DNA of 64,000 bases. It comes from Eledone cirrhosa (taxonomy: Eukaryota). Where the stretch lies: positions 22,878,001-22,942,000 of the forward strand of contig OZ024741.1 of NCBI GenBank assembly GCA_964016885.1, given 5' to 3'. The notes beneath the pieces were generated by a model, which saw only the letters and a list, made by a program, of their open reading frames with translations, was not told the DNA's origin and searched no databases. The number at the start of each line of letters is the position of its first letter. The first letter of the stretch is position 1. Made by a program: the position numbers and the translations under genes. Shown in pieces: positions 10,650-23,939 of the stretch.

Positions 10650-11900
10650 GGCTGGCTAGCAAATGTGTGTCCATATTGCTATATGGCCAAACAAACTACC
10701 TGTTGCAAAGTTGGCAGACTGTATTTTGCTGAATCAAAAACCGTTTGTATGTCCTTGAAATAGGTTGCCAGGAAATATTAAAGATAATCTTTCCAACTGT
10801 CTCCTTTTGGACACTCTGGCACCTAGAGCTTCCTATAATATTTAGGTTTTGGGCTCTAAGGTTAGAGGTCAGACTTTTCGTTACAGATTTGCATATGTAA
10901 ATTTCATAGGCAAAATGGCTGAAATATTGAAGGGAACAAGCCAATAACCTGCTTATACCCTCATACTACCTACCACATATACAATAAGGATTATCATTTG
11001 CTGTCTATGCCTGCAGTTGACTGCACACTAACATGACTTAGTTCCTTCCAAAGTTTCCTATTTCATTTAGTTTATATAAATTTAGACCAAACCATTTATA
11101 GCCATTGTCTCGTCAGTCTACCCCTATTTATTTTATCCTGAATCGTATATTTTAGAAAACCTTTGTGAACATTTTACGTAACCACTGAACTTCAGGACTT
11201 TGCTTTTGATAATACACATTATAGAAACTAGTTTTGCAGCTTCTAGTGTATCCATAATTTTTATATGGTTGAGAAGTTTGCGGTTTGTCGCGAACCCCAA
11301 TATGGTTTTGAAACGTCTCGATTTTACTAATTACAGATGATGTCCAGTTCACATATTTAAGATCATAAAGGACGACAGGTTAAAAGTTTCTTATTTTCCT
11401 TAATCCTTTAAACCAACCAGAATTCTCTCATCTCTTTCTGTTCAAACTGGCCACTCATACTGATGTTAAGGTATGGTTCTCAAAATAAATATCAAAATCT
11501 AATAGATTTGATATTATGCGAGATAAAGCCTTTACCATGAAAATATAATAGTAGATAAAGAGTAATGTTAAGCATATATTGTAAGATATAGAGGTTGATT
11601 ATTTAGTTTTGGAGACATTTACAAATAGTCCGTCTGCTGTAAGCTATAGCATTAAAGTATTTTTGCAGATCTGGAGTAGTGCTGTTTACAAGTTATGTCA
11701 TCAGTGTAGCTCAAGATTTAGCAGTAGCTGTCCACAGATAGAGAAACCTGAGTTGCATTCTGCATCTGTTTTCAAGATTATGGATGCTATGACAATGCAG
11801 AGGAATAAAGCCAAGTTACCTTGTTTTATTTACACCTTTGACATGCCAAAGTCTGTTGTTTTCTTTCACTATAATAAATACTGTACTGGCTACACCAGAG
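10650..11900 (-). mobile_element. Heavily decayed LINE (RTE-like) RT and C-terminal remnant
   Basis: Minus-strand pieces IKQGNLALFLCIVIASIILK (QG...LF motif), ADGLFVNVSKTK (GL.IN..KTK motif) and IFNISWQ. Many stops; interrupted by a MITE at ~11400-11575. Confidence 0.5.
11400..11575. mobile_element. Degenerate copy of the TTAA/piggyBac-like MITE
   Basis: Homologous to 17451-17635 (CCAGAATTC.CTCAT..., TTCTCAAAATAAAT, GATAAAGCCTTTAC). Confidence 0.65.
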
Positions 11901-12748
11901 ATACAATAGGTAACTTATACAGGTAGCAATGGACCTAGTGACTGGTTGTGACCTTAAACATCCAAATGACAATACAAAACAATACACGGCAGCACTAAGT
12001 CCATTAAGACAATCTCCTACTGATGGTATCATCATCATCCATTTTTCATCACATGGGTTAGACACGTTGCCCCACTGTGAGACAACCAGGCCCGATGACC
12101 ATGTCTTGCTCATACAGGACTGGTTTTGGTTTGGTTTCTATGGCTGGATGCTCTTCCTAATACCGACCACATTTACAGCCTCTTCCAGTTTGTCCTAAAC
12201 CAGCACAGGAGAGTAGGCTGATGAAACTAACAGAAAATGTCAAATCAAATATGACAAGGCTAACATGTGTTAAATCCTTAATTGAGGACTATATTGTCTA
12301 AGATAATGGTCAAAACTAGGGACAATATACTTAACTCAAAATTTGAATCATCACCATTTAACATCCATGCTAGCATGGGTTGGGATGTTTTATATTTGCA
12401 TATCCAGGTTGTTATTTTACAAAAAACTTCCACTGTAGCAGCCAAACTATCAGCCACCGGCTTTATTATGTGATGTTGCTTACAAAATTCTTTGTTTTCT
12501 TGATCTATCTTTAGTTAGCGAACAATACAATAATTTACAATTGACAAACAGAGCAAAATTCTCCTTTTTGCTTTGGTCTCAAATGGAACAATGTTTAATA
12601 TTAAACAAAACTAGCAGGAGTATACCCTGTAAAATGACTTGTAGATTAATTCATGTAAAGCAACTTACTGACACATAGGAAACCAAAATAATTTCTTTCC
12701 TCTTCATGTCAGTGACCAGTGGAAAAGATCATGGAATGAGTCAAAATT

Positions 12749-13010
12749 TGCCAACCAAGACCTTGTCCAGGACCCCACATCTAAACCAACCAGCTTTGAC
12801 CTTCCCAGAAAGTAATGGGTATCCTTTAATCAGTGGCAGTTCTTTTGTCGCTGTTGCTATATTTTAGGTGTGGGTTTCAGTTTGTTTATGCCAAGGAGAC
12901 AATTGTACATCAGCATTACCTTCAAATTTTGCCAACCAAGACCTTGCCCAGGACCCCTTAAACCAACAGGCTTTGACCTTCCTAGAAAGCAATGGGTATC
13001 CCTTAATCAG
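12749..13010. repeat. Local ~85-bp direct duplication
   Basis: TTGCCAACCAAGACCTTG.CCAGGACCCC...AATGGGTATCC.TTAATCAG occurs at ~12749 and ~12929. Confidence 0.8.
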
Positions 13011-13654
13011 ATCTGCACAACATATGGCAGGAGAGCCCATCATGTGCCTGTGGGGACCCTGACCAGTCAGTATTTCATATTGTTCAGGGAGATTCAGCAT
13101 GACACAGAATGTGATAAGGATGGTTATTTGAATTACAGGTAGTCCATTTTGTATTAGTGTAATGTGACTGTGGGGACCCTGCATATTATTTGGGATTGCT
13201 CCCCTCAGAGGTTTTCCTAGTGACCTGGACGCAATCCATAATACTACAAATTACACCTTAGTCTGGCTCATCAATCTTGATCTCTCTATTGTGTATATGT
13301 CAGTGATCAATATGTAGAAGATACGTAGAGCATGGCTTAGAATGATAAACAAAACACGTTTGTTTATAGTATCTTTACTAGTGGAGAGATTATTCTGAAT
13401 ATTTGCAGTAATAAAGATTAAACATTTTTAAGAATCTCTTAATGCTGTTTCTTGCAGTACAGAGTTACTATGGAGGAAAGGTTGTCTAAGACAACAAAGT
13501 AGTTAGCTCTGAGCTGCAAGAATCACAGAAGAAAGGTTCAAGATAATCAGTACCAACTGAGAAAGGAGACATTAAAAGAGAATCATGTCCTTTACCAACA
13601 CCCACCTACCCTTGGGTCTCAAAAAACCCCTGCTTATTAAATTTTGCTAATCTC

Positions 13655-14797
13655 ATCATTTAACGTCCATCTTCTACGCTAGCATGGGAGTTGTCCCACT
13701 TGAGGCAAGGTTGGTCAGGTGACCGTGTCTCGCTCATATAGGACTATCTGGCAGGTTTTCTACGACTGGATGCCCTTCCTAACACCAACCACATTTACAG
13801 TGTGGACTGGGAACTTTTTGCCGTGTTACCTACAAGGCCACATTACAGCATGGACTGTTTTTTTCTCGTGACACCTACACGATCTCGATCTCATTATCTC
13901 ATTTATTTGGACTGGATGTTGTGGTAGCAACTTTACAGAGAGGGAGGATAGAGTAGGGGTAGTGGATAGGGGTGTATATTTGGTTAAGAGGTGCCTATTG
14001 ACTGTAGGTTTCGCTTTGTACATAGGCAAGGCGGGTCTTCTGTATTACTGTGTAGCGCCAAAGATCTCGGTCCAGTGACATTGTCTTAGAGAGGTGCAAG
14101 TGTGTAAGGTCAGAATTTATCAAATCATCCCAGGTTTTTCTGGGTCTACCTACTCCGTAACTACCATCAATTTTTATCGCCCTGCACTTTTTTTATACAG
14201 CTGTCGTCTTTCATGCGCATCACATGGCCATACCAACGTAGTCTTCTCTCAAGTAAACAGCATCTGATCCTTCTTATTCCTAATTTCTCACTTAGTTCAT
14301 TTATGCTTTGCCGTTCACGTATATTACTATTACACATCCAACGGATCATGCATGCTTCGTTCCTTTCCAATCTGCACAGGTCCTCTGCACGCAATGCCCA
14401 TGTAGCATTGCTGTTTGTATACAGGCATCATACAATTTGCCTTTCATTTTTAGAGAGAAACCTTTTGTGGCCAACAGCGGTATAAGTTCTCTGAACTTTT
14501 TCCATCCTGTTCTGACTGTCTACTGCATTTTCAGAGCACCCTCCACCACTGCTGATTTTGTTGCCCAGGTAACGGGAAGTGTCCACTATTTCTATAGAAG
14601 TATTGTGGGCACTTGCCACATATAAAATCTACGTTCTTAGTTTACCTGTGATCCCACTACATCTTTTATGTACCCATAGTTTGCATTTGGGACATAAAAT
14701 GGAATTTCTACCTACTCCTTTCCTACACACTGAGCATGTCCATTTCCCTGAGGGCACTTGTGCCCTATTTTCCTTTCTACAAACTAGAACTATAGTC
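13655..14797 (-). mobile_element. 5'-truncated RTE LINE (subfamily A)
   Basis: PSGKWTCSVCRKGVGRNSILC, LERNEACMIRWMC, ERRLRWYGHV; 3' UTR and (ATG)n tail at the left end. Confidence 0.9.
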
Positions 14798-14942
14798 TTT
14801 ATCTCCCACAAAATTTTAATTTAACTGGTAGCATTCCTGCGATAATTTTCTTTCTACATTAAAAAACATACATTATAAAATAAATAGGATGGGTTGGGGT
14901 CTCAATATGTAAACTAAAAGACTGATTCTGTTGTTTTTTTAA

Positions 14943-16153
14943 ATGATCCAAACCTGGAAGCAGGGACTAGAGAGAAAGGGCCTCAAAGTCAACATGACAA
15001 AGACTAAGGTCCTTGTAAGTAGACGAGAAAACAGAACCCAGATCCCCTCAGGGAAATGGCCTTGCTCAGTATGTAGGAAAGGTGTAGGTAGGAACTCCAT
15101 TCTCTGCCCCAAATGCAAACAATGGGTACACAAGAGATGTAGCGGGATCTCAGGAAGCTTAATTAAGAATGTAGGATTCACATGCAGCAGCTGTGCTGAA
15201 ACAGCAAGCAAACAGCCACAGGAAACAAGTACCACCAATCTCTGGGAGGGCCCTGTAGAAACAGTAGACAGCTTCTGCTACCTAGGTGACCGAATTAGCA
15301 ATGGAGGTGGGTGCTCAGAAAGTACAATAACTAGGGTAAGAACGGGATGGAAGAAGTTTAGGGAACTACTACCACTGCTAGCTGCAAAAGGCTTCTCCCT
15401 CAGAATGAAAGGCAGACTGTATGATGCGTGTATCCGAACAGCGATGTTGCATGGTAGTGAGACCTAGGCGCTGAAGGTGGAAGACTTACGTAGATTAGAG
15501 AGAAACGAAGCCTGCATGCTCCGATGGATGTGTAACAGTAATATACGTGAACGACAAAGCATAAAGGAATTGAGAGAGAGACTGAGCATCAGAGGAATCA
15601 AATGCTGCGTGCAGGAGAGGCGGTTACGCTGGTATGGACATGTGATGCGTATGAAGGATGACAGCTGCATAAAAAGGTGCAGAGCACTAGAAGTTGATGG
15701 AAACCGCGGAGTGGGGAGACCCAAGATGACTTGGGATGAGGTGATAAAAGCCGACCTTACCCAACTACACCTCTCAAAGACAATGACACACGACCGTGAC
15801 TTCTGGCGTCACGCAGTAATACAGGGTACCAGACCTCCCATGGGTACATGCTGAAGCATATAAACAATATGCCCCCCCCCCCCCCCCCCGCAAGGTGGTC
15901 GTGGAGGTGCCACGGCAAAAAAGCACCCAGCCCACACTGTAAAGTGGACGTGTAGGCGCCACAAAAAAGCACCCAGCACTCACTGTAAATGAGGTTGGTG
16001 TTAGGAAGGGCATCCAGCTGTAGAAATCAAGCCAGATCAGTTCCTGTATGAGCAAGGCATGGTTAGCCGACCAGACACTGCACACAACAGGACAACCCGT
16101 CTAACCCATGCTAGCGTGGAAGAACGGACGTAAAACGGTGATGATGATGATGA
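14943..16153 (+). mobile_element. 5'-truncated RTE LINE (subfamily B)
   Basis: ORFs 14943-15467 and 15477-15854 (GLKVNMTKTK, FCYLG, MLHGSET*, RLRWYGHVMR, GRPK); 3' UTR ends in (GAT)n. Confidence 0.92.
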
Positions 16154-16279
16154 TCGGAGACAACCTTAAAAAATTACCGTTTTTCCACCCACCCCTACTA
16201 TTTGGGACTCGAGAGTAGTGTGAATGACAAGCAGTATTTCTGTTGCTAAAGAATAACATGGAGATCTGAAAAGGAAGAT

Positions 16280-16520
16280 ATTTATTCATTGATAATGTTC
16301 TCTCCAACATCAAACCACTCGTACTACATGAAGCTGCTGAAACATGGAGATCTGAAGAATGTTTGCAGGTCTTTATTAATATTTAAGAAAGATTCTGTAG
16401 ATCCAGTGTTTTCTGCCAAACCATCAGTAATCACAGCCTTTGGCCGAAAACAAAGCAGAAGTCTATAGAAACTGAAAACATAAAACAGTAGTGGAGAGGT
16501 ATTAGTTATATATTCCACAT
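16280..16520 (+). mobile_element. Decayed RTE-1-type LINE fragment (different family)
   Basis: SNIKPLVL..AAETW, LQVFIN, TISNHSLW.KTKQ.SIE resemble SNVKSVLLYGAETW...LQVFIN...ISNEELW. Confidence 0.6.
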
Positions 16521-16566
16521 TCTGGCTGGGAATATCTAAGACAAGAAATTTTCTGATGATCATGAC

Positions 16567-16900
16567 AAAAGGTTGGGAGAACCCTCCAGTCATGACAGCT
16601 TCCCTAGTGTTGGTGATAGGAAAGGCATCCAATCATAGAAATCTTGCCAAAGGGTTGGGAGGACCCTCCAGTCATGACAGCTTCCCTAGTGTTGGTGATA
16701 GGAAAGGCATCCAATCATAGAAATCTTGCCAAAGGGTTGGGAGGACCCTCCAGTCCTGTCAAGGACATGGCAACCTCCTTAATGTTGATGAGCTATATGA
16801 TAAACACACCCAGTACAAGCGGTTGGTGATAGGAAGGGCATCCAGCCATAGAAATCGCACCAAATAAAGGGTTGAGAGGACCCTCCAGTCATGTCAAAGG
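16567..16900. repeat. ~82-bp tandem repeat related to the RTE 3' UTR
   Basis: GGTTGGGAG.ACCCTCCAGTC...GTTGGTGATAGGAA.GGCATCCA.CATAGAAATC in 3-4 copies; the AGGAAGGGCATCCAGC motif is shared with RTE 3' UTRs in this window. Confidence 0.7.
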
Positions 16901-17046
16901 CAAGACCTCTTCTGAGCACTTGATGGAACATGAGACCGTTTATAAGTGCACAAGTCCCTGACCTGAGATCAGTGGCCCCTGCTTCAGTACTGACTTGGTC
17001 TATATGGACCCATCCAACCTTTGCTAGCAGGGAAAGTGGACATTAA

Positions 17047-17254
17047 CCCTTTAGCATTTACATTACTCTATATATACTATTGTATTTTCACCGTAAAGGC
17101 TTTATCTCACATAATATCGAATGTATGAGATTTTCATATTATTTATTTTGAGAACAATACCTTAACATCAGTATGAGTGGCTAGTTAAAGCCAATTTGAA
17201 CAGAAAGAAATGAGAGAATTCTGGCTGGATACGGCCGGTTTAAATGCCAAAGGG
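17047..17254. mobile_element. piggyBac-like MITE
   Basis: TTAA|CCCTTTAGCATTTA...TAAATGCCAAAGGG|TTAA. Confidence 0.85.
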
Positions 17255-17450
17255 TTAAAACCACAATGATGATCCATGTTCTAGGAAAGATAATGAACAA
17301 AAGATGTTTTTAAAAAAGAAACCGAGCTAATCAGTTATTTAACAATCTGAAAATACCTAGAATTTGAGAAGTCCTATTTGCTTATTATTTGCTCATAAGG
17401 TCAACCAAATAGACATTTCCAACTATTATATATATATCATAATTGATTAA

Positions 17451-17635
17451 CCCTTTAGCAGTTAAACCAGCCAGAATTCCCTCATTTCTTTCTGTTCATC
17501 CAACATTAAGGTATTATTCTCAAAATAAATGATATAAACATTTCATAGATTCGATATTATGTAAGATAATTGTGAGATAAAGCCTTTACTGCAAACATAC
17601 AATAGTATATATAGAGTAATGTGAATGCTAAAGGG
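17451..17635. mobile_element. piggyBac-like MITE, same family, opposite orientation
   Basis: TTAA|CCCTTTAGCA...TGCTAAAGGG|TTAA; body is the reverse complement of 17047-17254. Confidence 0.85.
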
Positions 17636-18004
17636 TTAAATTCATGGCATGGGATGCCTGCATGGTCCCGTAACTCCTGATGGAGTTGTAGGAGCACCAT
17701 TTTAACATACAGCATTCCTAGGACATTTTAAAACCTGGTGGAGCCCAATTCTCTTCATGTTTAAATACAGCAGATTTCTTCCATAGAAGGAAAGTGGGAG
17801 TGAAAGAATGGAAGTGAGAAAGATGAAATGGATGAAAGACAAAATTGACCTTGAATTGATTAAACATCAATTATTAATAAACTTCAAAGTAGGAAGACTA
17901 ATGCTAGTTTCTTCTATCCTGATACTGTTTAGTTACCTAAGAACCTTTGGTTATAAATAGATTAGACAGCAAAACAGAAGCAACATAATTCAATTATCAC
18001 AGTG

Positions 18005-18250
18005 TCATCATCATTTTATGTCCACTTTCCCCTGCTTGCAAGAGTGGGATGGGTCCTCTTCAGCACAGCATCTCTCCATGCACATCACATGGCCATACCA
18101 ACGCAGTCTTCTCTCCCGCACACTACAGTTTATCCCTCTTATACAGTTTCACTCTCAACTTGTACATGCTTGGTCGTTCATGCACATTGACATTGCACAT
18201 CCATCGGAGTATGCTTTGCTTCATTTCTCTCCAGCCTTCGTATATCATCA
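18005..18250 (-). mobile_element. Old RTE 3' fragment
   Basis: Reverse strand encodes RRLRWYGHVM-like sequence; (TCA)n tail. Confidence 0.7.
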
Positions 18251-18907
18251 CAAAACCACGGTTTGACATAAGTTAATATTAAGTTATGGTAGATATTAAG
18301 TCAACAATAAGCTAAGCTATGGTAGACATTTGCCTCTAATATTGTTGTCATCCTAATGTTTTATCACTTATTTCAATGCCACCACTCTGTAGAAACGGTT
18401 GATCAAGGAATTGAACAACAATATGGAAACTAGACCAGAATATAATGTAGGCTAAATAGAGGAGCTTTTCTTTTATGAAAACATGAAAACTTAGAGCCTT
18501 TACAAATATTTTTTTTCTTTAATCTTAAATGGAAAACATAAAAACATACAGTATTAATTTGAAAAAATATAAGTCAACAAAATGTGAAAAAATGTGAGTG
18601 AAGTTAACAGTAGTTAGGAGGAATAAATAGGACGGGTTTAACAAATGTGTAAAAAGTAGTTTGAGAAAGGCACATATGTTGAACTACCGTAGAGAATAGT
18701 GATGTTATATCCAGCAGACTGATAAGAAGACTTTTGTTTTTATAATAAATGTTCTGTGTATCACATTTGATTCTTTTAAGCTGGATCAAGATCAGTTATA
18801 CATCCACAGTTACATTTCAATCTTCTCATGTGGTTCCTTGTGATGCCTGAAATTTAAAAATATTCTTCAGTTTTTACTATTAAATATATTATATTACAGT
18901 AACGTTT

Positions 18908-19848
18908 ATCATCATCATCATCATCATCATCGTTTAACGTCCGTGTTCCATGCTTGCATGGGTTTGGACGGGAGTTTTCCCACTTGAGGCAAGAGTGGTT
19001 GTCTTGCTCGCATAGGACTGTCTGGCGGGTTTTCTACAGTTGGATGCCCTTCCTAACACCAACCACATTTACAGTGTGGGGCTGGGAGGTTTTTACCGTG
19101 TTGCCTACATGGCCACATTACAGCATGGACTGTCTGGCAGGTTTTCTACAGCTGGATGCCCTTCCTAACACCAACCACATTTACAGTGTGGGACTGGGAC
19201 GTTTTTACCGTGTTGCCTACATGGTCACATTACAGCGTGGACTGTGTGTTTTTTTGTCGTGACACCTACACGATCTCATTTGTTTCAGCCTGGATTTTGT
19301 GGCACCAACATAACTTTACATTGAAAGGGGCGGTGTGGATGGGGTGGGGGTGGTGGGACGGGGGTGTATTTTGTTAGAGATGCCTACTGACTGTAGTAGG
19401 TTTTACTTTGTATTTAGGTAACGCTGGTCTTCTCTATTACTGAGTACCGCCAAAGCTCTCGGTCCAGTGACATTGTCTTGGAGAGGTGTAAGTGTGTGAG
19501 GTCGGAATTTATCAGCTCGTCCCAGGTTTTTCTGGGTCTGCCTACTCCGTGGCTACCATCTATCTTTATTGCCCTGCACTTTGTTATACAGCTGTCGTCT
19601 TTCATGCGCATCACGTGACCATACCAACGTAGCCTTCTCTCGAGTAAACAACATCTGATCCCTCTTATTTCTAATTTTTTCCTTAGTTCGTTTATGCTTT
19701 GCCGTTCGCGTATATTACTATTACACATCCAGCGGAGCATGCAAGCTTCGTTCCTCTCTAGTCTGCGTATATCCTCTGCACACAATGCCCAGGTCTCACT
19801 GCCATGCAACATTGCTGTTCGTATGCAGGCATCATACAACCTGCCTTT
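18908..19848 (-). mobile_element. RTE 3' segment (subfamily A), inverted relative to 20000-23531
   Basis: ORF 19414-19839 YDACIRTAMLHGSETW...GRPRKTW, followed by the 3' UTR and an (ATG)n tail at 18908-18931. Confidence 0.92.
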
Positions 19849-22800
19849 TTCTTCTCAACTCTCCACATTCGGTTCATTCATCTATATATCTTACAATCCC
19901 CCAGAATCAAAAAAATTGTATTCAAAATTGGCTTTCTATAATTCTGTTCTGTCTCACCGTTGTTCTAAAAATAATTCTGCTCCTCGCATCTATATATCTT
20001 ACAATCCCCCAGAATCAAAAAATCATGTTCATAATTGTTTGTCTTTCTACAATTCTAAATAATATTCCTGCAACCATTTTAGCCGAAAAAAGAAATTATG
20101 CCAGGTTAAATTAGGGATTGCCCTCTCTCTCTCTTGGCCTGCTGAAATCGCCTCTCACCCCCTCACTCTCTCTATCATATACGCTGCTCTCACACTCCCC
20201 CCTCACTCCTTGCCAACCAAATATAAATAAACCATGCTACAGGGGACTAAACCCAGAATTTGTCTCCTATTATTGATGGTCGCTTGTTCAGTTTTCTTCT
20301 ACGAAATGTAACGTACATATCCATTTCTTCTCAACTCTCCACATTCGGTTCATTCATCTATATATCTTACAATCCCCCAGAATCAAAAAAATCGTATTCA
20401 AACTTGGCTTTCTATAATTCTGTTCTGTCTCACCGTTGTTCTAAAAATAATTCTGCTCCTCGCAAACTACCCCATACCCCTCCCTCCCGCCCCCACTCTC
20501 CACCTTATTATTTAGACCAATCACAAGTAAACGACCTATGCTAGCACTTCTGGTTGCTTTTTCGATATGATGGATGAACTAGGGAATTTCTGGAGAGTCA
20601 GAAGAATCTGGACACCCGAAGACAATGCAAAAGATAACGACAAATTCACCTCATGCTGCCGGACGAAAGGGCAAAGCCCCACCCTCTTTGTTGCGGCCGC
20701 GGATGGCCAACATAACCCCAACCCCATCAACCACACCCCTCCCTGCACCCCACCCAAAACTTCAGAGTTGGTACCATGAATGTAGGGACCTTAAAAGGCT
20801 GCTCAAACGAGGTTGTAGAAATGCTTGAACGTAAGGAGGTTGATGTCTGCTGCATCCAAGAGACCAGGTGGAGGGGCGGGTCTGCTAGATTCATTGTGGG
20901 TAAAAAACGATGCTATAAGCTTTTCTGGGTGGGAAATGACAATGGGCTGGGTGGGGTAGGAATCATGTTAGCAGAAAAATGGGTGGATAAGATAATAGAT
21001 GTAAATAGAGTAAACGACAGAATAATTAAAATAAGACTTGTTCTAAATAGAACTACTGTGACGATAATATCTGCGTACGCGCCCCAATCCGGACTGCCTG
21101 GCGCTATAAAAGACACTTTCTATGAGACACTGATGCTCACTACCTCCCAAATAACCGACAGTGACTATATAATTATTGCTGGCGACCTAAATGGTCACGT
21201 TGGACAACATTGTGACGGCTATGATGAAATCCATGGAGGCTATGGGTTTGGTACTAGAAATGAGGAAGGCTCCAGAATCCTGGAATTCTGTGACGCAAAT
21301 AACCTAACAATCTGTAACACTAACTTCAAAAAACGAGACAATCACTTGATCACCTACAGATCAGGGGAACATACCAGCCAGGTAGATTATATCCTTACCA
21401 GAAGACGTGACAGAGTGACTGTTGTAAACACTAAATCCCTCCCCCATGAAGAATGCACCTCCCAACATAGACTGATAATTAGCGACCTCATAGTCAGGAC
21501 GAGACGTACTCGACAGCAGAAGAGGACTAGCCTCAAGAGAAAAATATGGAAGCTAAAGGACCCCACAGCCAGAAATAAATTTCAAAGCATATTACTTGAT
21601 GCTTTCGACAGTAAGGAAGAGCATTTAGAGTCGGACAATATAGAGGGACAGTGGGATTTTCCTGAAATCAAACCTGCTGATGGCGGCAGACGAAGTCTGT
21701 GGCCGGAGCAGGCCTATAGGCAGGAGGAGAGTAACATGGTGGTGGAACAGTAAGGTGGAGGAGTCGATTAAGGCCAAAAAGCAGGCTTGGAAAATATGGC
21801 GGGATGGGGGAAGTAGAGAAGACTATCAAGTGGCCAGGAGGGAAGCTAGGAGACAAGTGTACTTTGCAAGAAGGGAAGCAGAGGAAAGAAAGTTCAAGCA
21901 TGTTCTACAACGCGAGGACCAAAAACGTGAGGTGTTCAGGATTGCTAGGCAATGTGTCAAGGAAAACCGCTGATAAGAAGGTCGCTTGGAAGTGTCACTA
22001 CGAGAGGCTACTAAATGAGGAGAATAAATGGGAGAAGGATAGTCTCCCCCAGATCGATCCAATAGAGGGACCAGCAGTGTTAGTTGAAGGTAGTATAATA
22101 AGTAAGGCAATCAAAGATATGAAGACGGGTAAGGCGGCTGGGCCTTCGGAAATAGTCGCTGAGATGCTGAAGGCCTCTGGAACGGTGGGACACACCATGG
22201 TCACCCGGATAGTAAACCAAGTCATACAGAATGGGGTTGTTCCGAAGGACTGGCGTAGCAGCATCATCATTAACTGTTACAAGGGTAAAGGAGACGCCCG
22301 AGATAGGAGTAACTATAGAGGGATTAAATTAATCGACCAGGTCATGAAGGTCACGGAAAAAGTAATAGTGCAACTAATCAGAGAGAGAATCGATCTAGAT
22401 GAAATGCAGTTCGGGTTTGTGTCAGGCAAAAGTACCACAGACGCTCTTTTCATTGTACGACAACTACAGGAGAAGTACCTAGCTAAAAGTAAACCCCTAT
22501 ACTTAGCCTTTGTCGACTTGGAGAAAGCCTTCGACAGAGTCCCCCGTTCCATTATCTGGTGGGCTCTTAGAAAACTAGGTGTTGACGAATGGCTTGTGAG
22601 AGCTATACAAGCCATGTATAAAGAAACAGTCAGCAAGGTTAGAATTAACAACGAATATAGTGAAGAGTTTAGCGTAAAAGCTGGTGTCCATCAGGGCTCT
22701 GTTCTTAGCCCCCTACTATTCATTATTGCTCTTCAGGCTATAACAGAGGAGTTCAAGACCGGCTGCCCATGGGAACTCCTATACGCAGATGACCTAACGC

Positions 22801-23531
22801 TCATAGCTGAATCAATGGCCGAGCTAGAGAAGAAATTCCAAACATGGAAGCACGGCCTAGAATCAAAAGGCCTTAAAATTAACATGGCTAAGACTAAAGT
22901 TCTAGTTTGTAGGAAAGAAAATAAGGCGCCGGTCCCTTCCGGGAAATGGCCATGCTCAGTGTGTAGGAAAGGCGTAGGTAGAAACTCCATTTTATGTCCC
23001 AAATGCAAAGTATGGGTGCATAAAAGATGTAGTGGGATCACAGGTAAGCTAACTAAGAACACAGATTTTACATGTGGCCGGTGCTCTGGTGCAATAAGTA
23101 GCAGCAAGTGCCCACAAAATACTAGCTCTTTCAACTGCGCAGAGGGTTCTATAGAAATAGTGGACAGCTTCCGTTACCTGGGTGACAAAATCAGCAGTGG
23201 GGGAGGGTGCTCCGAAAGTACAGTAGCTAGAGTCAGAACTGGATGGAAAAAGTTCAGAGAGCTTATACCACTATTAGCCGCTAAAGGGTTCTCCCTAAAA
23301 GTGAAAGGCAGGTTGTATGATGCCTGCATACGAACAGCAATGTTGTATGGCAGTGAGACCTGGGCATTGTGTGCAGAGGATATACGCAGACTAGAGAGGA
23401 ACGAAGCTTGCATGCTCCGCTGGATGTGTAATAGTAATATACGCGAACGGTAAAGCATAAACGAACTAAGGAAAAAATTAGAAATAAGAGGGATCAGATG
23501 TTGTTTACTCGAGAGAAGGCTACGTTGGTAT
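19849..23531 (+). mobile_element. Near full-length RTE LINE (5' UTR, APE endonuclease, RT), 3'-truncated and frameshifted
   Basis: APE motifs TMNVGTL, CIQETRW, SAYAPQ, GDLNGHVG, VDYIL, SQHRL (20776-21753); RT motifs NYRGIKL, QFGF, FVDLEKAFD, GVHQGSVLSPLLF, LLYADD, FRYLG (to 23453). Frameshift ~21660, deletion ~21970, stop at 23451. Confidence 0.93.
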
Positions 23532-23939
23532 ATTTAAAATATTGTTTCACAAGCAAAAACTTACAATGTAAATTTGAGAATATATATATAGAGAGAGATT
23601 AATGAACAATTTGGAGGGATTTATGAATATAACCAATTTGTTTATTATTAAGTTGGTGTATAGGAGCATACCTTAAAATTATGATGAATTTGAACATTCT
23701 AAAAACAAAATTAGTTTCACTCTAACATAGCAGATATGTAAATGTATTCGTGAGTTTTATATCAAATATTATTCGATATAAAACGCATAAAAACATTTTT
23801 TAAATGTTGAATTGTAGAACCAGGTCTGTTTTACACAGTTTAATATAAAAAAGGGGGTTAGAAAAGAGGGCTGGACTTTAGAGACTTGATGTAGAGAAAG
23901 GGAAGAAGAAACCCTGACTTCTATGTTGCTGCTAACTAC

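Larger units (their letters stand above)
13609..16215. mobile_element. TA-flanked MITE split into three pieces by two RTE insertions
   Basis: Pieces 13609-13654, ~14798-14942 and ~16154-16215 join collinearly to match 3868-4130; ends ...CTCGAGAG|TA. Confidence 0.7.

Noticed and set aside
11609-11926. 105-aa plus-strand ORF as a host exon
   Set aside because: The opposite strand carries decayed LINE RT motifs (IKQG...LF, GLFVNVSKTK), and the splice acceptor is weak.
12864-13184. 106-aa ORF cluster
   Set aside because: No recognisable motif; it overlaps a local duplication and has no convincing splice sites.
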